From the NCBI RefSeq assembly GCF_032444005.1, contig NC_091282.1:968006001-968070000 (forward strand): 64,000 bases of DNA. Direction: 5' to 3'. Source of the stretch: Ranitomeya imitator (Eukaryota). The notes beneath the pieces are model-generated. The model ran no database searches. It was not told where the DNA came from and saw only the letters and a program-made list of their open reading frames with translations. Of the stretch, positions 50,588 to 63,987 are shown in pieces; within the stretch, counting starts at the first letter, position 1; every line of letters begins with the position of its first letter. Made by a program: the position numbers and the translations under genes.

Positions 50588-52524
50588 TTAAATATAGATT
50601 TACGTTACTCAAAATTTAACTAATTTATGCTAGGCAAAGAAGTACTATATGTGGACTGGCTCAAAAATAGAAGAAAAATCAAAGCGCTTTTCAAGTAGAC
50701 CTTGTCAATTGAATAAATTAAAAGTATAAAGTATTCCGGCTCACAAAATGTAAATTTATTACAAAGCTACTATATAGTGTATTCTCTCCCTTCAGGAGAG
50801 GCATCAATTTTGTCAGAGAAAACCTGAATTGCCAGGTTTCTAGTCACTAGTAAGAACAGCAGAGGGGTTTCCCCACGAAACAAAATTAATTTTAATCAAC
50901 ATCACTAATCAATAGATCTTTGAACAATAATAGAGTCCACAATTGGATGTGTTCAGGACCGGCGTCACCACCCGGCGCACCCAGGCAAGTACCGGAGCTC
51001 TTGACAAACGGGGGGCTTACTTGCCGTTGGGGACACCGACACGATATGGGGCCCTTTAGTTGGGTGCCCCATAGCCTAGTTTGCCTGTCCCTAACGTCGG
51101 CCCCGACTACTTGGCAGCAGGTTTACTAGTCTTCTAATGATAATCCCCTACTGATAAAGCAGTGATTTTTACCAATACTAGACTAAATAGCCCAGTAAGT
51201 GACACATCACTGGAATCAAGGTCTCTGTCTCTACATTATGCTGTTCTCAGTTTGGAAAATTCTGCGGACAGACTCCCTTTAAGAGGCCTCTTAATGAATT
51301 TCAACCATATTTCAACTGTCAGGTGTCATGCCAAAAAAGTTACTTGGAGGGCATTTTTAGCAGGAATTACACCACTTTAGTGTAAGAAATTAGTCAGGCA
51401 GCTTGTTCTCACCTGGTCCCTCCTCAAATCCATCCAGAACTTCGAATTGTACCATAAATTTGCAACAATTTTCAGAATTCTGCTGAAAATAACTTGATTA
51501 ATCAGGCCCTAAGGGAATGCAGGCTGCAAACTCTTTCTCCACCCACCTAGATTGACTGACAGCTCTTTCCACTATCCTCCTTTCTGCTTTTGCTGCGGAG
51601 ATCTTCCATGTGCTGGTGCTGTCTTCAAGTCTCACTTTCAGTGTATAATAACAATTTCCAACACAATCTGCCGCAAGAACCAAGTTCACCAAGGGTAACT
51701 GCATGGGTACATTGTCTTTTTGGAAGAATATGGTAGACTTGCCCAGATTCAGGAAGGCGTTGGTTGTCAATCACAGTGCTGGGGGCAGGATGGAGGAGAT
51801 GAAACTGAATATTGATGAAGGACAAGCCCTCTGAACCACCCCAATAAATTAATTTGCAGTCGAGAGTCATTCCAACAATCACTGTGAGCAGCGATTAATC
51901 AGCCTGGCACTGTGGTGACTGTAGTTGGGCATGGTTGTTCTAGTGACAGATCCGCTCTAACAGCAGTTATTGTCTATGTATTTTCTGCCATATGTACATC
52001 TTCTGCCATATGTATGTATTATATGTATTTTCTACTATATGTACATCTTCTACCATATGTATGTATTCTATGTATTTTCTGCCATATGTACATCTTCTAC
52101 CATATGTATGTATGTCTTCTACAATATGTATGTATTCTATGTATTTTCTACCATCCATGACATCTTATTTCGAAACCCATTTTGGGAAGAATACTGCTCT
52201 ATTATAGGTATAGCTTAGCGATTGGTGGAGCAGCTTAACATACTTTTTTTGCAAAAAAACGTATTAACTAAATACCCTGTATTTTTTCATTTTTTGACTA
52301 GCACTTGCTTATTTACTGTGACTTTTTTACAACAGAGTATTTTTTTACCTCTCTGTGCGCTTTTGTGTTTTCAAGTTCTTTGGTGGTGTGAACAGGTTCC
52401 TACAGACTTGTTCGCTATGCAGGTGGCCCATGTGTTTTTGTTTTTTGATCTTCTACCATATGTATGTATTCTATGTATTTTCTGCCATATGTACATGTTC
52501 TACCATATGTATGTATTCTATGTA

Positions 52525-54004
52525 TTTTCTGTATTTTCATGACTATGAAAATTCTAAATTCACACTGACGGCATCAAAACTATGAATTAAGACATGTGGA
52601 ATTATATACTTAACAAAAAGTGGAAAACAACTGAAAATATGTATTATATTCTAAGTTCTTCAAAGAAGCCACCTTTTGCTTTGATGACTGCTTTGCACAC
52701 TCTTGGCATTCTCTTGATGAGCTTCAAGAGGTAGTCACTGGAAATGGTCTTCCAGCAATCTTGAAGGATTTCCTAGAGATGCTTAGCTCTTGTTGGCCCT
52801 TTTGCCTTCAGTCTGCGGTCCAGCCCACCCCAAACCATCTCGATTGGATTCAGGTCTGGTGACTGTGGAGGTCAGGTCATCTGGTGTAGCACATCATCAC
52901 TCTCCTTCTTGGTAAAATAGCCCTTACACAGCCTGGAGGTGTGGTTGGGGTCATTGTCCTGTTGAAAAATTAATGATGGTCCAACTAAACGCAAACCGGA
53001 TGGAATAGCATGCCACTGCAGGATGCTGTGGTAGCCATGCTGGTTCTGTATGCCTTCAATTTTGAATAAATCCCCAACAGTGTTACCAGCAAAGCACCCC
53101 CACACCATCACACCTCCTCCATGCTTCACGGTGGGAACCAGGCATGTAGAGTCCATCCGTTCACCTTTTCTGCATCGCACAAAGACACAGTGGTTGGAAC
53201 CAAAGATCTCAAATTTGGACTCATCAGACCAAAGCACAGATTTCCACTGGTCTAATGTCCATTCCTTGTGTTCTTTAGCTCAAATAAGTCTCTTGTGCTT
53301 GTTGCGTGTCCTCACCTGCAGTGGTTTCCTAGCAGCTATTTTACCATGAAGGCCTGCTGCACAAAGTCTCCACTTAACAGCTTATCCTCAGAAGCAGAGG
53401 TGACACTTGGTCTTCCTTTCCTGGGGCGGTCCTCATGTGAGCCAGTTTCTTTGTAGCGCTTGATGGTTTTTGCAATTGTACTTGGGGACACTTTCAAAGT
53501 TTGCCCAATTTTTCATCCTGACTGACCTTCATTTCTTAAAGTAATGATGGACACTCATTTTTCTTTACTTAGCTGCTTTTTTCTTGCCGTAATACAAATT
53601 CTAACAGTCTATTCAGTAGGACTATCAGCAGTGTATCCACCAGACGTCTGCTCAACACAACTGATGGTCCCAACCCCATTTATAAGGCAATAAATCCCAT
53701 TTATTAAACCTGACAGGGCACATCTGTGAAATGAAAACCATTTCCGGTGACTACCTCTTGAAGCTTATCAAGAGAATGCCAAGAGTGTGCAATGCAGTCA
53801 TCAAAGCAAAAGGTGGCTACTTTGAAGAACCTAGAATATAAGATAGATTTTCAGTTGTTTCACACTTTTTTGTTAAGTATATAATTTCACATGAGTTAAT
53901 TCATAGTTTTGATGCCTTCAGTGTGAATTTACAATTTTCATAGTCATGAAAATACAGAAAAATCTTTAAATGAGAGGGTGTGTCCAAACTTTTGGTCTGT
54001 ACTG
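52525..54004 (-). mobile_element. Decayed Tc1 transposon lacking the outer part of its left TIR
   Basis: WSDESKFEIFG...PTVKHGGG...FQQDNDPNH...[11 protein letters not shown]; right end ccaaacttttggtctgtactg|TA. Confidence 0.9.
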
Positions 54005-54106
54005 TACGTCTTCTACCATATGTATGTATTCTATGTATTTTCTGCCATATGTAAATCTTCTACCATATGTATGTATTCTATGTATTTTCTGCCATATGTA
54101 CGTCTT

Positions 54107-54920
54107 TGTTATGGCTGGTAATTCAGTACCACAATGGACATAGAAGTCAGAGCACATACAGTGATCTGACAATAACCCAAAAACATAGAACGAGCTCTGA
54201 GACGTGGGAACTCTGCTGACCGCAATCCCTAATCCTCTCCAACCACACTAGAGGCAGCCGTGGATTGCGCCTAACGCTCCCTATGCAACTCGGCACAGCC
54301 TGAGAAACTAGCTAGCCTGAAGATAGAAAATAAGCCTACCTTGCCTCAGAGAAATACCCCAAAGGAAAAGGCAGCCCCCCACATATAATGACTGTGAGTT
54401 AAGATGAAAAGACAAACGTAGAGATGAAATAGATTTAGCAAAGTGAGGCCCGACTTTCTGAACAGAGCGAGGATAGGAAAGGTAACTTTGCGGTCAACAC
54501 AAAACCCTACAAACAACCACGCAAAGGGGGCAAAAAGACCCTCCGTACCGACTAACGGCACGGAGGTACACCCTCTGCGTCCCAGAGCTTCCAGCAAGCA
54601 AGAAAAACCAAATAAACAAGCTGGACAGAAAAAACAGCAAACAAAAATAACACAAGAGCAACTTAGCTATGCAGAGCAGCAGGCCACAGGAACGATCCAG
54701 ATGGAAACAAGTCCAATACTAGAACATTGACTGGAGGCCAGGATCAAAGCACTAGGTGGAGTTAAATAGAGCAGCACCTAACGACTTCACCACATCACCT
54801 GAGGAAGGAAACTCAGAAGCCGCAGTACCACTCTCCTCCACCAACGGAAGCTCATAGAGAGAATCAGCCGAAGTACCACTTGTGACCACAGGAGGGAGCT
54901 CTGCCACAGAATACACAACA
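54107..54920 (-). mobile_element. Solo LTR (814 bp, TGTT...AACA)
   Basis: cgtctt|tgttatgg ... cacaaca|cgtctt direct repeat; TATTTAA box on the minus strand (gttaaatag). Confidence 0.85.
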
Positions 54921-55460
54921 CGTCTTCTACCATATGTATGTATTCTATGTATTTTCTGCCATATGTATGTATTCTATGTATTTTCTACCATCCATGACAT
55001 CTTATTTAGAAACCCATTTTGGGAAGAATACATTTACAGTCTTTAGGTGCTACCCCAGCATATTCTGTATTACAGAATTTTGTAAGTACAAATCCAAATG
55101 ATCTTTCAATTAGTATGCTAGAATAACTATCCTCAATCACTAAACATCTCTATCACATTTCACAAATGGATGCACCATTGGATGCTGCAATCTCGGCAGC
55201 AGGAAATGTTACTGCCAAGTCCGAAAAAGCTTTAGTGGAGCATCATTATTAATTAACAAGGGTAACTGTACAAGGCGTCACTCATTGCAGAAGAGCTCCC
55301 ATCTTCTTTCCTAATACAAAGAGCCATTTTATGAGCTGGTCTGACTCATCAGCATTGTACATACAGTATATTTTCAACATAACTTCCATCATTGAGAAGT
55401 GAAAAATGAACATATACTAATTCATGCCATATTTCCATGGAATGGGCGCTTTTATTTTTA

Positions 55461-58400
55461 GGGCTCGCTCGCACTACCATATAACATGGCCGAGTGCCGT
55501 GTACTATGGGCAGTGCAGATCTGTGATGTTTTATCAGGTAGCACACAGCCCAGTGTTATACTATGGGCAGTGCAGATCTGTGATGTTTTATCAGGTAGCA
55601 CACAGCCCAATGTTATACTATGGGTAGTGCAGATCTGTGATGTTTTATCAGATAGCCCACAGCCCAATGTTATACTATGGGTAGTGCAGATCTGTGATGT
55701 TTTATCAGATAGCACACAGCCCAATGTTATACTATGGGGCAGTGCAAATCTGTGATGTTTTATCAGATAGTATACAGCCCAATGTTATACTATGGGGCAG
55801 TGCAGATCTGTGATGTTTTATCAGATAGTATACAGCCCAATGTTATACTATGGGTAGTGCAGATCTGTGATGTTTTATCAGATAGCCCACAGCCCAATGT
55901 TATACTATGGGTAGTGCAGATCTGTGATGTTTTATCAGATAGCACACAGCCCAATGTTATACTATGGGGCAGTGCAAATCTGTGATGTTTTATCAGATAG
56001 TATACAGCCCAATGTTATACTATGGGTAGTGCAGATCTGTGATGTTTTATCAGATAGCACACAGCCCAATGTTATACTATGGGGCAGTGCAGATCTGTGA
56101 TGTTTTATCAGATAGTATACAGCCCAATGTTATACTATAGAGCAGTGCCGCAGATCTGTGATGTTTTATCAGGTAGCACACAGCCCAATGTTATACTATG
56201 GGTAGTGCAGATCTGTGATGTTTTATCAGATAGCACACAGCCCAATGTTATACTATGGGCAGTGCAGATCTGTGATGTTTTATCAGGTAGCACACAGCCC
56301 AATGTTATACTATGGGCAGTGCAGATCTGTGATGTTTTATCAGGTAGCACACAGCCCAATGTTATACTATGGGGCAGTGCAGATCTGTGATGTTTTATCA
56401 GATAGCACACAGCCCAATGTTATACTATGGGCAGTGCAGATCTGTGATGTTTTATCAGATAGCACACAGCCCAATGTTATACTATGGGGCAGTGCAGATC
56501 TGTGATGTTTTATCAGATAGCACACAGCCCAATGTTATACTATAGAGCAGTGCTGCAGATCTGTGATGTTTTATCAGATAGCACACAGCCCAATGTTATA
56601 CTATAGAGCAGTGCTGCAGATCTGTGATGTTTTATCAGGTAGCACACAGCCCAATGTTATACTATGGGGCAGTGCAGATCTGTGATGTTTTATCAGATAG
56701 CACACAGCCCAATGTTATACTATGGGGCAGTGCAGATCTGTGATGTTTTATCAGGTAGCACACAGCCCAATGTTATACAATAGAGCAGTGCTGCAGATCT
56801 GTAATGTTTTATCAGAAAGCACACAGCCCAATGTTATACTATGGGCAGTGCAGATCTGTGATGTTTTATCAGATAGCACACAGCCCAATGTTATACTATG
56901 GGCAGTGCAGATCTGTGATGTTTTATCAGATAGCACACAGCCCAATGTTATACTATGGGGCAGTGCAGATCTGTGATGTTTTATCAGATAGCACACAGCC
57001 CAATGTTATACTATAGAGCAGTGCTGCAGATCTGTGATGTTTTATCAGATAGCACACAGCCCAATGTTATACTATAGAGCAGTGCTGCAGATCTGTGATG
57101 TTTTATCAGGTAGCACACAGCCCAATGTTATACTATGGGGCAGTGCAGATCTGTGATGTTTTATCAGGTAGCACACAGCCCAATGTTATACAATAGAGCA
57201 GTGCTGCAGATCTGTAATGTTTTATCAGAAAGCACACAGCCCAATGTTATACTATGGGCAGTGCAGATCTGTGATGTTTTATCAGATAGCACACAGCCCA
57301 ATGTTATACTATAGAGCAGTGCTGCAGATCTGTAATGTTTTATCAGATAGCACACAGCCCAATGTTATACTATGGGCAGTGCAGATCTGTGATGTTTTAT
57401 CAGATAGCACACAGCCCAATGTTATACTATGGGCAGTGCAGATCTGTGATGTTTTATCAGATAGCACACAGCCCAATGTTATACTATGGGTAGTGCAGAT
57501 CTGTGATGTTTTATCAGATAGCACACAGCCCAATGTTATACTATAGAGCAGTGCTGCAGATCTGTAATGTTTTATCAGATAGCACACAGCCCAATGTTAT
57601 ACTATGGGCAGTGCAGATCTGTGAGGTTTTATCAGATAGCACACAGCCCAATGTTATACTATGGGCAGTGCAGATCTGTGAGGTTTTATCAGATAGCACA
57701 CAGCCCAATGTTATACTATGGGTAGTGCAGATCTGTGATGTTTTATCAGGTAGCACACAGCTCAATGTTATACTATGGGGCAGTGCAGATCTGTGATGTT
57801 TTATCAGATAGCACACAGCCCAATGTTATACTATGGGCAGTGCAGAACTGTGATGTTTTATCAGATAGCACACAGCCCAATGTTATACTATAGAGCAGTG
57901 CTGCAGATCTGTAATGTTTTATCAGATAGCACACAGCCCAATGTTATACTATGGGCAGTGCAGATCTGTGATGTTTTATCAGGTAGCACACAGCCCAATG
58001 TTATACTATGGGGCAGTGCAGATCTGTGATGTTTTATCAGATAGCACACAGCCCAATGTTATACTATAGAGCAGTGCTGCAGATCTGTGATGTTTTATCA
58101 GATAGCACACAGCCCAATGTTATACTATAGAGCAGTGCTGCAGATCTGTGATGTTTTATCAGGTAGCACACAGCCCAATGTTATACTATGGGGCAGTGCA
58201 GATCTGTGATGTTTTATCAGATAGCACACAGCCCAATGTTATACTATAGAGCAGTGCTGCAGATCTGTGATGTTTTATCAGATAGCACACAGCCCAATGT
58301 TATACTATGGGCAGTGCAGAACTGTGATGTTTTATCAGGTAGCACACAGCCCAATGTTATACAATAGAGCAGTGCTGCAGATCTGTAATGTTTTATCAGA

Positions 58401-60687
58401 AAGCACACAGCCCAATGTTATACTATGGGCAGTGCAGATCTGTGATGTTTTATCAGATAGCACACAGCCCAATGTTATACTATAGAGCAGTGCTGCAGAT
58501 CTGTAATGTTTTATCAGATAGCACACAGCCCAATGTTATACTATGGGCAGTGCAGATCTGTGAGGTTTTATCAGATAGCACACAGCCCAATGTTATACTA
58601 TGGGCAGTGCAGATCTGTGAGGTTTTATCAGATAGCACACAGCCCAATGTTATACTATGGGTAGTGCAGATCTGTGATGTTTTATCAGGTAGCACACAGC
58701 TCAATGTTATACTATGGGGCAGTGCAGATCTGTGATGTTTTATCAGATAGCACACAGCCCAATGTTATACTATGGGCAGTGCAGAACTGTGATGTTTTAT
58801 CAGATAGCACACAGCCCAATGTTATACTATAGAGCAGTGCTGCAGATCTGTAATGTTTTATCAGATAGCACACAGCCCAATGTTATACTATGGGCAGTGC
58901 AGATCTGTGATGTTTTATCAGGTAGCACACAGCCCAATGTTATACTATGGGGCAGTGCAGATCTGTGATGTTTTATCAGATAGCACACAGCCCAATGTTA
59001 TACTATAGAGCAGTGCTGCAGATCTGTGATGTTTTATCAGATAGCACACAGCCCAATGTTATACTATGGGCAGTGCAGAACTGTGATGTTTTATCAGATA
59101 GCACACAGCCCAATGTTATACTATAGAGCAGTGCCGCAGATCTGTGATGTTTTATCAGATAGCACACAGCCCAATGTTATACTATGGGCAGTGCAGATCT
59201 GTGATGTTTTATCAGATAGCACACAGCCCAATGTTATACTATGGGCAGTGCAAATCTGTGATGTTTTATCAGGTAGCACACAGCCAAATGTTATACTATG
59301 GGTAGTGCAGATCTGTGATGTTTTATCAGATAGCACACAGCCCAATGTTATACTATGGGCAGTGCAGAACTGTGATGTTTTATCAGATAGCACACAGCCC
59401 AATGTTATACTATAGAGCAGTGCTGCAGAACTGTGATGTTTTATCAGATAGCACACAGCCCAATGTTATACTATGGGCAGTGCAGATCTGTGATGTTTTA
59501 TCAGATAGCACACAGCCCAATGTTATACTATGGGCAGTGCAAATCTGTGATGTTTTATCAGGTAGCACACAGCCAAATGTTATACTATGGGTAGTGCAGA
59601 TCTGTGATGTTTTATCAGGTAGCACACAGCCCAATGTTATACTATGAGCAGTGCAAATCTGTGATGTTTTATCAGGTAGCACACAGCCAAATGTTATACT
59701 ATGGGTAGTGCAGATCTGTGATGTTTTATCAGATAGCACACAGCCCAATGTTATACTATGAGCAGTGCAAATCTGTGATGTTTTATCAGGTAGCACACAG
59801 CCAAATGTTATACTATGGGTAGTGCAGATCTGTGATGTTTTATCAGATAGCACACAGCCCAATGTTATACTATGAGCAGTGCAAATCTGTGATGTTTTAT
59901 CAGGTAGCACACAGCCAAATGTTATACTATGGGTAGTGCAGATCTGTGATGTTTTATCAGGTAGCACACAGCCCAATGTTATACTATGAGCAGTGCAAAT
60001 CTGTGATGTTTTATCAGGTAGCACACAGCCCAATGTTATACTATGGGTAGTGCAGATCTGTGATGTTTTATCAGATAGCACACAGCCCAATGTTATACTA
60101 TGAGCAGTGCAAATCTGTGATGTTTTATCAGGTAGCACACAGCCAAATGTTATACTATGGGTAGTGCAGATCTGTGATGTTTTATCAGGTAGCACACAGC
60201 CCAATGTTATACTATAGAGCAGTGCAGATCTGTGATGTTTTATCAGGTAGCACACAGCCCAATGTTATACTATGGGTAGTGCAGATCTGTAATGTTTTAT
60301 CAGGTAGCACACAGCCCAATGTTATACTATGGAGCAGTGCAGATCTGTGATGTTTTATCAGGTAGCACACAGCCCAATGTTATACTATAGAGCAGTGCTG
60401 CAGATCTTTGACTTTTTTTTTCTATGCCGATTCGGCATTAGAAAACAATCGCAGAATGCTGTGGGCGCATCGGATGATCAGAGCGCACTCACCCATACAA
60501 ATCTATGGATACATGTGAAACATCCGGCTGCATTTGGGTGTCATCAGAGTGCAGTCTGACATCTGCAGACTCAGACAATGGAGAAGATAGAGAAATTAAG
60601 TTCTCCGTCTTCTTCACGCCTGTGCTCTGATTCTCTTATGCGGGAGAAGCATATCACACTAAGATGATACATCGTGTGACTCTAGCC
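55461..60687. mobile_element. Harbinger-type MITE whose interior has expanded into a satellite
   Basis: TTA|gggctcgctcgcact ... cgtgtgactctagcc|TTA; TIR match imperfect. Confidence 0.5.
55497..60405. repeat. 57/58/61-bp satellite (cagatctgtgatgttttatcagatagcacacagcccaatgttatactatgggcagtg), ~84 units
   Basis: Directly visible; explains all ORFs at 55400-60560. Confidence 0.97.
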
Positions 60688-61986
60688 TTAAAGCGGTTAT
60701 GCCTCCCTGACATTCTTCCAGGTACATCCCCCCAAACCCAGTGTTATTTCTTAACTTGCAGCACAGCCATATCCAAACAAATCCAAATGTATTGTTTCAA
60801 TTTTTCTTTTCATTTCAACTAGGTTATCTTTTGCATTTTTCCCATGACATAGATGTAAATTAAGAAGCAATATTGCAGAATATTGATGTAATATATAACG
60901 TGTACCATACACTATCAAAGTTTGACTAGTCGGCACAATCACATCTAATTCAAAGCCCCCTATACAAACAGCACTATCACCATCACCGATACTTCGAGTG
61001 AGTCATACATTTAAAGGAACCTCTTACTGATACCCTGAACCCCCATCCTTGCTTCCGACTGCTGGATTCCATTTATTCTCAATAAAACTCTATATAAAAT
61101 TGCACACAGAGAGATGAATCTAAATAATTCTCTAAATAAAGGACTAAATTTTATCACTAAGGAAACTGGTGAGTGCTGCCTTTCATTCAATCTTACTTGG
61201 ATAAAACTCTATAACATAGTTATTTTATTACTTTGCTAGATCTTGTGATTGCATCCCATCCCATTGTCCATGTAAACAGTCCTGCTTTCATGGCAATTAT
61301 GCATTTATTATTTAGACTAATTGCTCTACTGACTCCACTTTCCTTTCCATAACAACACAACGGGGGCGATTTACACTGGGTAGTGTCAATGTCAATCAGC
61401 TGCTCATTCCTGTGTCCCCTGTTTTTTAAGATGAAATATGACACAGAAAAAGTGAGGCTTTATGCGTGATTGCTGAGGACCGAATGCCACCTAACACCAT
61501 GCTGGCAGTAATAAGCCACGCTGTAGATAATACACTGCTTCTTATATCTATGGCTGCAAGGAAAATGTTAGATTTCCAGATAATCGCTGATGACATTTTC
61601 TGCACTACTGCATCATGCAATTGTCTTTAATTAATGATTTAGTAATGAATCATGAACATTACCTTTCTTATTTGGCTTTAAAGGCTATCTGTAATTTGAA
61701 GTAATTTTTCAGAATAAGCTTCTATGTGTGTGTAAGGCCGGCTTCACACTCAGCGTATGAAAATACGGTCCGTATATTACGGCCGTAATACGCTGAAATG
61801 TCCCGAAAATAGTGGTCCGTAGCTCCTCCGTAGGCAGGGTGTGTCAGCGTTTTTTGTGCATGGCATCCTCCGTATGTAATCCGTATGGCATCCGTACTGC
61901 GTGGTTTTCTCGCAGGCTTGCAAAACCAACATACCGCTATAGAAATGATCCATGTGTCCCAAAAAGAAAAAAAAATATATATATAC

Positions 61987-62026
<40 letters not shown>

Positions 62027-62029
<3 letters not shown>

Positions 62030-63910
62030 CATTAGACACATATATGTATATATATTAATATTTATTCCAGCGCTATACAGCTTGAAAGCCGGTAATTCAA
62101 TTACCGGCTTTTTCTTTCTCCTTCCTAAAACCCGACATGATTTGAGACATGGTTTACATACAGTAAACCATGTCTTCTCTCCATTTTTTTTGCAGATTCC
62201 ACACTACTAATGTCAGTAGTGTGTATCTGCAAAATTTGGCCGTTCTAGCTCTTAAAATAAAGGGTTAAATGGCGGAAAAAATTGGCGTGGGCTCCCGCGC
62301 AATTTTCTCCGCCAGAGTAGTAAAGCCAGTGACTGAGGGCAGATATTAATAGCCTGGAGAGGGTCCACAGTTATTGGCCCCCCCCTGGCTAAAAATATCT
62401 GCCCCCAGCCACCACAGAAAAGGCACATCTGGAAGATGCGCCTATTCTGGCACTTGGCCACGCTCTTCCCATTCCCGTGTAGCGGTGGGATATGGGGTAA
62501 TGAAGGGTTAATGCCACCTTGCTATTGTAAGGTGACATTAAGCCTAATTAATAATGGAGAGGCGTCAATTATGACACCTATCCATTATTAATCCAATTGA
62601 ATGAAAGGGTTAAATAAAACACAAACACATTATTTAAAATTATTTTAATGAAATAAAAACAATGGTTGTTGGAGTATTTTATTGTACGCCCAATCGAGTC
62701 ACTGAAGACCCTCGTTCTGTGAAAGAAAAAACATAATAAACCAACAATATACTTACCCTCCGCAGATCTGTAACATCCAACGATGTAAATCCTTCTGAAG
62801 GGGTTAAAACATTTTGCAGCAAGGAGCTTTGCTAATGCAGGCTGCTCCTCGCTGCAAAACCCCGGGGAATGAGTCTAAATATAGATCAATGAGCTATATT
62901 TAGCTTCATCTGCGGTGAGGCGCCCTCTGCTGGATGTTCATAGATCGTGGGAAATTTCCTAGAAAGCTCCCAGGCTTTCTAGGCAAGTTCCCACGATCTA
63001 TAAACAGCCAGCAGAGGGCGCCTCACCGCAAATGAAGCTAAATATAGCTCATTGATCTATATTTAGACTCATTCCCCGGGGTTTTGCAGCGAGGAGCAGC
63101 CTGCATTAGCAAAGCTCCTTGCTGCAAAATGTTTTAACCCCTTCAGAAGGATTTACATCGTTGGACGTTACAGATCTGCGGAGGGTAAGTATATTGTTGG
63201 TTTATTATGTTTTTTCTTTCACAGAACGAGGGTCTTCAGTGACTCGATTGGGCGTACAATAAAATACTCCAACAACCATTGTTTTTATTTCATTAAAATA
63301 ATTTTAAATAATGTGTTTGTGTTTTATTTAACCCTTTCATTCAATTGGATTAATAATGGATTGGTGTCATAATTGACGCCTCTCCATTATTAATTAGGCT
63401 TAATGTCACCTTACAATAGCAAGGTGGCATTAACCCTTCATTACCCCATATCCCACCGCTACACGGGAATGGGAAGAGAGTGGCCAAGTGCCAGAATAGG
63501 CGCATCTTCCAGATGTGCCTTTTCTGGGGTGGCTGGGGGCAGATATTTTTAGCCAGGGGGGGGCCAATAACCGTGGACCCTCTCCAGGCTATTAATATCT
63601 GCCCTCAGTCACTGGCTTTACTACTCTGGCGGAGAAAATTGCGCGGGAGCCCACGCCAATTTTTTCCGCCATTTAACCCTTTATTTTAAGAGCTAGAACG
63701 GCCAAATTTTGCAGATACACACTACTGACATTAGTAGTGTGGAATCTGCAAAAAAAATGGAGAGAAGACATGGTTTACTGTATGTAAACCATGTCTCAAA
63801 TCATGTCGGGTTTTAGGAAGGAGAAAGAAAAAGCCGGTAATTGAATTACCGGCTTTCAAGCTGTATAGCGCTGGAATAAATATTAATATATATACATATA
63901 TGTGTCTACT

Positions 63911-63914
<4 letters not shown>
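62027..63914. repeat. Giant inverted repeat: two 941-bp arms around a 6-nt loop (62968-62973), flanked by (TA)n tracts
   Basis: End coordinates are symmetric about 62970.5; identical-frame ORFs 62252-62461(-) and 63480-63689(+). Confidence 0.97.
62920..63021. promoter_or_regulatory. Divergent pair of CTCF core motifs (62920-62933 minus, 63008-63021 plus)
   Basis: CCAGCAGAGGGCGC matches the core consensus CCASYAGRKGGCRS at all 14 positions; binding not shown. Confidence 0.55.

Positions 63915-63987
<73 letters not shown>

Larger units (their letters stand above)
51975..55031. repeat. catatgtatgtattctatgtattttctgc-type minisatellite in four blocks, split by a Tc1 and a solo LTR
   Basis: Blocks at ~51975-52153, 52459-52530, 54005-54106 and 54921-54990. 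Confidence 0.8.

Noticed and set aside
55424-60559. Many QICDVLSDSTQPNVILW-type ORFs
   Set aside because: Satellite translation; the 58- and 61-bp variants break the frame.
62027-63914. Assembly fold-back chimera
   Set aside because: The arms differ at scattered positions and the sequence right of the palindrome does not mirror the left flank; long-read confirmation is still advisable.
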